In this document: positions 57,662 through 64,000 of the stretch, piece by piece
How the letters are laid out: each line of letters starts with the position of its first letter
How positions within the stretch are numbered: position 1 is the stretch's first letter
DNA from: Bacillota bacterium
Lineage (GTDB): Bacteria; Bacillota_I; Bacilli_A; Erysipelotrichales; Erysipelotrichaceae
Direction of reading: 5' to 3'
NCBI GenBank assembly: GCA_023388535.1
Contig: JAEWFZ010000014.1
Location: 3,873-67,872 of the forward strand
DNA length: 64,000 bases
The notes under the pieces: model-generated
The model's database searches: none
What the model was told of the DNA's origin: nothing
What the model saw: only the letters and a program-made list of their open reading frames with translations
Translations under genes and position numbers: made by a program

Positions 57662-58245
57662 TTTTTTCTCCTTTGATTTAATAATAGCTGCAGACCTATG
57701 CGCATTAATTCATCGACGGTTTCTTCTTCATGTTCGCTTAGTTGAGCCTTAATCGCATTGATTTCCGCTGGACGATAGCCGAGATTTTTTAAGCCTTCTA
57801 AAGCATCCATAATATTTTGGTTCGCGACAGATATAGGGGTTGACTCGACTTGTTCAATCAGTCTGCCCTTTAGATCTAAGACGATTTGAGAAGCCGTTTT
57901 AGGACCGATGCCAGGTAAGCTTTTTAGATAGCTTACATTTCCTTCCGCTATCGCTTTGATTAAACGCTCCGCGTTGGATTGTCTAAAAATATTTAAAGCA
58001 ATTTTAGGGCCAATTCCTTTAACTGATATTAGTTTTAAAAAGACATCTTTATCTTTCGGCGTCAAAAAACCATATAGACTTATTTCATCTTCGCGTACAT
58101 GAAGATAAGTAAAGATGGTTACTTCTTGGTTTAAGGTCAGCTTGTCTTGCTGGCTAAATCCCATTTGGTAACCAATACCATTTACTTCTATAACAATATA
58201 TTCGGCATTGCGTTCAACGCAAATACCTTTTAGAAACGCTATCAT
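57658..58245 (-). CDS. ruvA: Holliday junction DNA-binding protein RuvA
   Basis: OB fold plus HhH motifs ([18 protein letters not shown]). Confidence 0.92.
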   Translation of the reverse strand: MIAFLKGICVERNAEYIVIEVNGIGYQMGFSQQDKLTLNQEVTIFTYLHVREDEISLYGFLTPKDKDVFLKLISVKGIGPKIALNIFRQSNAERLIKAIAEGNVSYLKSLPGIGPKTASQIVLDLKGRLIEQVESTPISVANQNIMDALEGLKNLGYRPAEINAIKAQLSEHEEETVDELMRIGLQLLLNQRRKN

Positions 58246-58260
58246 TAAATCACCGTTCTA

Positions 58261-58269
58261 ATTATAACA
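58261..58269 (-). promoter_or_regulatory. Extended -10 promoter TGTTATAAT for ruvAB
   Basis: The reverse complement reads TGTTATAAT, 15 nt upstream of the ruvA ATG. SD is GGTGA. Confidence 0.45.
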
Positions 58270-58296
58270 TAGACCAGTAGGCCAAAAGGTCCTAGA

Positions 58297-59571
58297 TTAA
58301 TCGATAAATTCAAATTGGATATTATCAAAAATTACCGTATCGCCATCTTCAACGCCTTGTTCACGTAAAAACTCATCGACCCCCATGCGTCTAAATAATT
58401 GGGAAAGACGCATCACATCATAATCGGTCTCAACCGAATAGCGAGCCATTTGTTGTGATACTTTCAATGAGCTAAATTGCCATACGCCAGGTTCTAGATT
58501 TTCAAGCTCAAAATCCGAACTTTCTGGTTCGTATTTAAAGAGAACCACTTCTTCCTCTGGCGTCGATTCCACGACAAAGGTCTCTTTATCAATGGTTTCA
58601 AGAATATCTGCGATGGCGTAAAGTAAGGGTTGAAGCCCTTCATTAATCAGTGTAATCGCCTCAAAAACCGGATAGTCTGGAAACTCTTCTTTGAATTGAG
58701 CTACTTTCGCTTCGGCCCCATCCATATCCATTTTATTAGCCACTACCAGCATCGGACGTTCCATTAAACGTAACTGGTATTCACTTAGTTCGTTTTGAAT
58801 GATTCTAAAATCTTCACAAGGATCATCATGACCCATATCTAAGACATGAACCAAGACTCGGCAACGTTCGATATGACGTAAAAATTGAAAGCCTAAACCT
58901 TTACCCAAGGAAGCATTCTCTATAAGTCCTGGTAAATCGGCCATGACAAACGAACGGCCATCACCTACATCAACAACCCCAAGTTGTGGGATTAAAGTGG
59001 TGAATTCATATTCGGCAATTTCTGGTTTAGCCTTTGAAACCACCGATAATAAAGTTGATTTACCCACTGATGGCAAGCCGACTAAGCCAACATCGGCTAA
59101 AAGTTTTAGTTCGACGACAATATCTAAGGCTTCGCCTAAATCCCCTTTTTGAGCGTATTCAGGAGCCGGATTACGGGAACTTGCGAAATGAAAGTTACCT
59201 AAACCACCCTTTCCCCCTTTAGCAATTATCGCTCTTTGACCAACATGCACTAAATCAGCGAGGACACGATCGTTTTTAGCGTCTTTTACCAAAGTGCCTA
59301 AGGGTACTTTAATAACTAAATCATCGCCATTAGCACCATGCATCTTTTTCGGTTTTCCGTTTTCGCCAGACTTGGCTTTGAGATGATGTTGATAGCGTAA
59401 ATCCAGTAAGGTTTGTTTATTGGTATCGACTTCAAAGATTACATCGCCCCCCTTACCACCATCGCCTCCGGCTGGTCCACCTAACGGCACATATTTTTCA
59501 CGACGAAAAGCAACGATGCCATTACCGCCATCGCCAGCTTTCGTAAATAGTTTTACTTTATCAACAAACAT
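58297..59571 (-). CDS. obg: GTPase Obg/CgtA
   Basis: MFVDKVKLFTKAGDGGNG is the glycine-rich Obg fold. The G domain has GLPSVGKSTLL and there is a C-terminal TGS-like domain. The ATG at 59571 lies 6 nt after SD AAGGGAGA; the ORF-track start runs through a terminator. Confidence 0.92.
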   Translation of the reverse strand: MFVDKVKLFTKAGDGGNGIVAFRREKYVPLGGPAGGDGGKGGDVIFEVDTNKQTLLDLRYQHHLKAKSGENGKPKKMHGANGDDLVIKVPLGTLVKDAKNDRVLADLVHVGQRAIIAKGGKGGLGNFHFASSRNPAPEYAQKGDLGEALDIVVELKLLADVGLVGLPSVGKSTLLSVVSKAKPEIAEYEFTTLIPQLGVVDVGDGRSFVMADLPGLIENASLGKGLGFQFLRHIERCRVLVHVLDMGHDDPCEDFRIIQNELSEYQLRLMERPMLVVANKMDMDGAEAKVAQFKEEFPDYPVFEAITLINEGLQPLLYAIADILETIDKETFVVESTPEEEVVLFKYEPESSDFELENLEPGVWQFSSLKVSQQMARYSVETDYDVMRLSQLFRRMGVDEFLREQGVEDGDTVIFDNIQFEFID

Positions 59572-59586
59572 AGGCATTCTCCCTTT

Positions 59587-59613
59587 AAAAAAAATCTCCA
59601 ATTTGGAGATTTT
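59587..59613 (-). terminator. Terminator/attenuator between rpmA and obg
   Basis: On the minus strand, stem AAAATCTCC / GGAGATTTT is followed by TTTTT. Confidence 0.7.
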
Positions 59614-59614
59614 G

Positions 59615-59899
59615 TTAGGCTACAGGATAAACAGAAACTTGTTTACGGCTGCGTCCAAGACGTTCAAATTTTACAACGCCGTCGATGGTTGCAAACAACG
59701 TGTCGTCTCCACCTTTTCCAACGTTGTTCCCTGGATGAATTTTAGTACCACGTTGACGATAGAGAATAGACCCAGCGCTGACGACTTGACCGTCGGCGCG
59801 TTTTGCACCTAAACGTTTCGAATGTGAGTCACGACCGTTCTTAGTCGATCCAACTCCCTTCTTCGACGCGAATAATTGAATATTTAATGTGAATTTCAT
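59615..59899 (-). CDS. rpmA: 50S ribosomal protein L27 with an N-terminal propeptide
   Basis: In [25 protein letters not shown]..., the mature part is the universal L27 N-terminus. Confidence 0.95.
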   Translation of the reverse strand: MKFTLNIQLFASKKGVGSTKNGRDSHSKRLGAKRADGQVVSAGSILYRQRGTKIHPGNNVGKGGDDTLFATIDGVVKFERLGRSRKQVSVYPVA

Positions 59900-60222
59900 T
59901 GGTTATTCCTCCTAATAATTTGGACAAAATCAGAATAGGATGCTTCCATCGTTTCTAATTGGGTAATAAATACCTGCATAACGACATTTAATTCTGGATT
60001 TTGTTGGTTGATTACAATCTCTATTAGTGGGTCGATATCATCGACTAAGGTTAATTTCACTGCTTTTGGAAAATATTGATCCAAAGCGTTTAACATCCCC
60101 GTCGCAATACTGGATACCCCAGCACAGACTAAGTCTTTGCCTGGTTCATTTGCTTGCGCGTGACCACTAATTCGAACCGATTGTATCCAATCTTTTTGAT
60201 AAACGATTCGTATTTGAATCAT
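59896..60222 (-). CDS. prp: L27-specific cysteine protease Prp (YsxB family)
   Basis: SGHA...LVCAGVSS forms the His/Cys dyad. It sits between rplU and rpmA. Confidence 0.85.
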   Translation of the reverse strand: MIQIRIVYQKDWIQSVRISGHAQANEPGKDLVCAGVSSIATGMLNALDQYFPKAVKLTLVDDIDPLIEIVINQQNPELNVVMQVFITQLETMEASYSDFVQIIRRNNQ

Positions 60223-60533
60223 TAGAGCGAAATACTGTTAACTGTTACTTTAGTATATGGTTGACGATGACCGGCTTTACGGTGGGAAGATCCACTACGT
60301 GGACGATACTTATAAATCATAAGTTTCTTTCCTTTTCCGTTTTTGTCAACCGTCGCAGTAACTTTAGCCCCAGTGACATATGGTGTTCCTACGGTTAAGC
60401 TATCCGTATTCACAGCAACAACTTTGTCAAAGACCACTTCATCGCCAGCTTCAACTTCAAGCTTTTCGATGAAATAAGATTGTCCTTCTTCGACTTTAAT
60501 TTGTTTTCCACCGGTTTCAATAATTGCGTACAT
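60222..60533 (-). CDS. rplU: 50S ribosomal protein L21
   Basis: [18 protein letters not shown] is the canonical L21 N-terminus. Confidence 0.95.
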   Translation of the reverse strand: MYAIIETGGKQIKVEEGQSYFIEKLEVEAGDEVVFDKVVAVNTDSLTVGTPYVTGAKVTATVDKNGKGKKLMIYKYRPRSGSSHRKAGHRQPYTKVTVNSISL

Positions 60534-60661
60534 ACTTGCACCTCCTATTCATGGTTAGACTCGCTATTAGGGTGCTCAAGAGACTTTAATAACCCGTTCT
60601 AAGCGGTTGTACCTAGGTACAACGAAGTCTGCTTATTAAATCAAGCTATAACAGTATAGCA
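60534..60661 (-). promoter_or_regulatory. rplU promoter (TGCTATACT) plus a structured leader of about 110 nt (L21-leader-like)
   Basis: The extended -10 is at 60653-60661 on the minus strand. A perfect 18-nt palindrome, GTTGTACCTAGGTACAAC, lies at 60606-60623 inside the 5' UTR. Confidence 0.45.
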
Positions 60662-60744
60662 TAAAAGTTTCTAAAACGCATCAAATAAATGCTCTTTTTT
60701 AAAACAGAAAATTAAGGAACTAAACTAGACCTTTCTAGTAACAT

Positions 60745-61290
60745 CTATTTTAGCTTTTCTAAGATCGCTTTATTAATCTCAAATTGAAGTGCGTAAGTAC
60801 CCAAATCTGGAATTTCTTTGATTAAACGATACTGACCAACTATCGATTTAGCTTCTTCATTTAACAGTTCCGTTAGCACGAAACTAATTGGAAAATTATC
60901 TGTATATTCAGAACCTTTGGCTATGGTTACCATTTCCGCAGGAAACTCGATATCCGTGGTCTTTTGTTTTCGCCAAGTCCCATCGAATAATTTCTCAAGA
61001 TAGGAATAATGAGCTATTTCGAGGTCGTTATCCGTAAGATTTTCGATGGTGTAATGTAAATAAACGTCTTTCGAAGCTGGATCCAAACTTGATTTTAATT
61101 CTGGATTTTTTAGCTTTACTAGATCATTTTCATCGATTTTTACGGTACTGATTTCTTCAAAATACGGATCATCAAAAGCAGCATCATGATTACCGGTTTC
61201 AACCTTCTTAGTCCCACAACCAATCAATACGACCAACACTAAAATAGCGATAGATAAACGAAAGAGTTTTGCAATTAAATTTGTTTTCAT
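60745..61290 (-). CDS. Putative lipoprotein
   Basis: The signal peptide has the lipobox VLIGC. 181 aa, beta-rich, no family recognised. Confidence 0.6.
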   Translation of the reverse strand: MKTNLIAKLFRLSIAILVLVVLIGCGTKKVETGNHDAAFDDPYFEEISTVKIDENDLVKLKNPELKSSLDPASKDVYLHYTIENLTDNDLEIAHYSYLEKLFDGTWRKQKTTDIEFPAEMVTIAKGSEYTDNFPISFVLTELLNEEAKSIVGQYRLIKEIPDLGTYALQFEINKAILEKLK

Positions 61291-61487
61291 CGATTTTCTC
61301 CTAGAAATTCTACTAATTAGATTTTGGAAAAGACTTGCAACGAAACTAATTCGTTGCTTAGCTTTGATAACTTAATTACAGTATATCAAAAAAATAACTA
61401 GTAAACGACATTATTATGTGATCAATCCATTTCAATATTACCTAAGCAAAGATAAAATGATAAAATCAAGACAAGGAGTTGATGAAG

Positions 61488-62408
61488 ATGAGTTTACTAG
61501 CTATTGGCCAATGCGTTTATGATATTACCCTGCCGATTGAAGAAGGTTTAGTTGAAAACCAAAAATATCGAATTCATCAAAAATCAGAATGTATCGGTGG
61601 ACCAGCGACTAACGCGGCTTATTTATGTGGCTTGTGGGGTCTTGACACCACCTTGGTCGCCCGTGTCGGCAGCGATCATTTTGGAAAACTAATTAAAGAA
61701 ACTTTAGAGACCGTTGATATCAACACCCAATTTCTCTCGATGGATACCAGTTTAAAAACAAGTTTAAGTATCGTAATTGTAAATACCATAAATGGTAGTC
61801 GCACCATCTTAAATCAGCCTTTACCAAAACTTGAAAAACCATTAAAGCTACCAGAAAGTAAACCGGATTTAATCCTGGTGGATGGCCGTGAGCTAGAAAC
61901 TTCCTTAAAAGCGATCGAGCTTTATCCTCAGGCTGTTTCAGTGATAGATGCTGGTACCTATAAAGAAACTTTAAAACCCTTATTAGAAAAAGTAGATTAT
62001 CTGGTCTGCTCAAAAGACTTCGCCAAACAATTTACTCGGATTGATATCGATATCAATCAAACAGAGACCTTAGCGAAAACTTTTGAAGCCTTAAAGCAAT
62101 TAAATCAAAATAATCTAATCGTAACCCTAGGAGAAAATGGCGTCATCGCGTTAATCGATAATGAGATAATGCATCTTAACGCCTATCCAGCCGAGGTGGT
62201 CGATACCACGGGTGCTGGCGATCTTTTTCATGGGGCGTTTGTCTATGGCTTACATCGCAAACTAAGCTTAATCGATACGCTTAAACTCGCTAATCTAACC
62301 GCATCAATTTCAACGGAAAGATTCGGTGGCCAAACCTCAATTCCAAGCTTTGCCGAAGTTAAAGAAAGAGCGAGTTTGATCGCTCCTGACTTACTTAAAT
62401 ACTTATAA
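61488..62408 (+). CDS. PfkB-family carbohydrate/nucleoside kinase
   Basis: N-terminal GG motif (CIGGPATNAA) and C-terminal DTTGAGD. Start 61488 or 61482, after SD AAGGAG. Confidence 0.8.
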   Translation: MSLLAIGQCVYDITLPIEEGLVENQKYRIHQKSECIGGPATNAAYLCGLWGLDTTLVARVGSDHFGKLIKETLETVDINTQFLSMDTSLKTSLSIVIVNTINGSRTILNQPLPKLEKPLKLPESKPDLILVDGRELETSLKAIELYPQAVSVIDAGTYKETLKPLLEKVDYLVCSKDFAKQFTRIDIDINQTETLAKTFEALKQLNQNNLIVTLGENGVIALIDNEIMHLNAYPAEVVDTTGAGDLFHGAFVYGLHRKLSLIDTLKLANLTASISTERFGGQTSIPSFAEVKERASLIAPDLLKYL

Positions 62409-64000
62409 AGTGACTTCCGTTTGTTTGTTAGCTCGTTTACGCTGATTGGCGGTTAAATGAAGCTTTCGTAAGCGGATGGCAGTCGGGGTTACTTCCACTA
62501 ATTCATCATCTTTAATATACTCAATCGCCGCTTCTAAAGAAAGGATTTGTGGCGGCACTAAGCGCATCGCTTCATCGTTACCAGCCGATCGAATCGAAGT
62601 GGCTTTTTTATTTTTTGTCGGATTGACTTCCAAATCAAAATCACGAGCCGATTGACCGACGATCATGCCCTCATAGACCGCCGTCTGTGGTCCAATGAAA
62701 AACGTACCACGTTCCTGAAGATTAAATATAGAATAAGTCATCGCTTCACCATTAGCTATCGATACCATAGAGCCATGGGACTTCACGTCAATATCGCCCT
62801 TATACGCTTCAAAGTCTTCAAAACGACGCACCATAATGCCCTCGCCATGGGTATCGTTAATAAAAATACCACGATACCCCAACAAACCTCGGGTCGGTAC
62901 TTTCCAGTGCTGGTGACTGATGGTCCCCTCTTCATACATATCGAGCAGTTCACCTTTGCGAATTGATAATTTTGAGATTACCGCACCACTATACGTGTTT
63001 GGTACTTCAATGATAACTTGTTCCATCGGTTCTAGTAATTGATTATGCTCATCGCGCTTAAAGATGACCTGAGGTTTTGATATGGCCAGTTCATAACCTT
63101 CACGACGCATATTTTCAATCAAAATAGTTAAATGCAATTCACCACGACCGCTGACCTTAAAAGTATCGGTACTCAGGGTCGGTTCCACCTTTAAACCTAC
63201 GTTAACTTCTAATTCTTTTTCTAAGCGTTCTTTAAGATTACGGGAGGTGACGTATTTACCACTTTGACCCGCAAACGGCGATGTATTCACTAAAAAATTC
63301 ATCGATATCGTTGGCTCTTCAATATCGATCGGAGGTAAGGCTTCGATTTTTTCTGAGGTACATAAAGTATCGCCAATCGAAATATGCGGAAAACCGGAAA
63401 TAATGACAATATCCCCACTACAAGCTTGTTGGATAGCGACGCGCTTTAAGCCCTGATAATTGTATAAATTACTAATAGTACCGTGAAATTGATGCCCATC
63501 ACGATCCAAGACAATGAGATTTTGACCTTTATGAATCGTACCTTGATAAATCCGACCAATCCCTAAGCGACCAATATAGTCATCATAGGCTAAACTAGAA
63601 ATCTGTAATTGAGCTGGAAGTGTGTTGTAATCCGGATACGGCTTTACATGGTTGATGATGGTTTCAAATAAGGGTTGAAGATTTTTAGATTCATCGTCAA
63701 TTTCGTATTTTGCGATACCCTCTTTAGCTACACCATATAGAATGGGGAAATCTAATTGCTGGTTATTAGCCTTAAGCTCGACAAATAACTCAAAGACTAA
63801 ATCGACTACCGCTTCGATGCGGGCATCTTTTTTATCGATTTTATTAATAAATAAAATTGGATTTAAGCCTTCTTCTAAAGCTTTTCTGAGCACAAAACGG
63901 GTTTGTGGCATCGGTCCTTCGGAAGAATCCACTAACAAGATGACCGTATCTACCGTTTTGATAATCCGCTCCACTTCGCTAGAAAAATCAGCATGTCCCG
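62403..64000 (-). CDS. typA: Translational GTPase TypA/BipA; 5' end beyond the window
   Basis: EF-G-like domains II-V and the BipA C-terminal domain. The reading frame stays open to the window edge. It overlaps the kinase stop by 6 nt. Confidence 0.9.
   Translation of the reverse strand, partial: GHADFSSEVERIIKTVDTVILLVDSSEGPMPQTRFVLRKALEEGLNPILFINKIDKKDARIEAVVDLVFELFVELKANNQQLDFPILYGVAKEGIAKYEIDDESKNLQPLFETIINHVKPYPDYNTLPAQLQISSLAYDDYIGRLGIGRIYQGTIHKGQNLIVLDRDGHQFHGTISNLYNYQGLKRVAIQQACSGDIVIISGFPHISIGDTLCTSEKIEALPPIDIEEPTISMNFLVNTSPFAGQSGKYVTSRNLKERLEKELEVNVGLKVEPTLSTDTFKVSGRGELHLTILIENMRREGYELAISKPQVIFKRDEHNQLLEPMEQVIIEVPNTYSGAVISKLSIRKGELLDMYEEGTISHQHWKVPTRGLLGYRGIFINDTHGEGIMVRRFEDFEAYKGDIDVKSHGSMVSIANGEAMTYSIFNLQERGTFFIGPQTAVYEGMIVGQSARDFDLEVNPTKNKKATSIRSAGNDEAMRLVPPQILSLEAAIEYIKDDELVEVTPTAIRLRKLHLTANQRKRANKQTEVTL

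Noticed and set aside
59572-59601. N-terminal extension of the obg ORF (MEIFFKGRMP).
   Set aside because: The extension runs through the rpmA terminator hairpin. The canonical Obg N-terminus MFVDKVK starts at 59571 with a well-spaced SD.
61335-61360. Possible CcpA cre site overlapping the 8-5-8 palindrome.
   Set aside because: TTGCAACGAAACTA does not fit WTGNAANCGNWNNCW, because the central CG is out of register.
1-64000. Mollicute-style genetic code 4 (TGA = Trp), tRNA or rRNA genes, and CRISPR arrays.
   Set aside because: TGA clearly terminates conserved genes, for example era, comGE-like and murB. No cloverleaf-like GTTCGAATC-type T-arm sequences were seen, no rRNA-like stretches and no spaced direct-repeat arrays.

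Overview
The window is 64 kb of a low-GC Gram-positive (Bacillota-type) chromosome that uses the standard genetic code; TGA is a stop, for example at the end of era. The exact taxon cannot be determined from the sequence alone. The content is almost entirely core housekeeping genes, arranged in condensed Bacillus-subtilis-like synteny blocks:
- era-recO-glyQS-dnaG-sigA-trmK
- ispH / DEAD-box helicase / ispG
- a class B PBP, rpmG and an MBL hydrolase
- a comGA-GG competence pseudopilus operon
- efp, an FMN riboswitch with ribU, cmk-der and hup
- on the minus strand: deoB-xerD-dinB-recN-dxs-ispA-xseBA-nusB-asp23, ribF-truB, rbfA-infB-ylxQ-ylxR-nusA-rimP-polC-rnc-recG, yloV-yloU, divIB-murB-murG, ruvBA, obg, rpmA-prp-rplU and typA

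No rRNA, tRNA, CRISPR array, transposase or recognisable defence system was seen.

The most notable points:
1. A strong candidate dif site (21846-21873) lies exactly where gene polarity flips: 24 of 26 CDS on + to the left, 36 of 43 on - to the right. It is 1.2 kb from xerD, so the window probably spans the replication terminus.
2. recN appears to start at a non-canonical ATA codon.
3. Tandem perfect DnaA boxes sit upstream of the asp23-nusB operon, far from any dnaA.
4. A lysine riboswitch controls an ABC transporter inserted antisense into the conserved infB-rbfA / truB-ribF cluster.
5. A promoter plus hairpin ahead of rimP-nusA is a candidate NusA attenuator.
6. Lineage-specific insertions or tails occur in SigA and NusA.
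7. There are candidate leaderless mRNAs.
8. The only accessory-looking segment (about 54.2-56.6 kb) is a small decayed islet. It carries a lipoprotein pair, an AraC-like remnant, and DUF952 and GNAT genes that share a duplicated 27-nt leader.

I found no convincing evidence for a novel multi-gene system. The islet is the only place where one could hide, and its content looks fragmentary.
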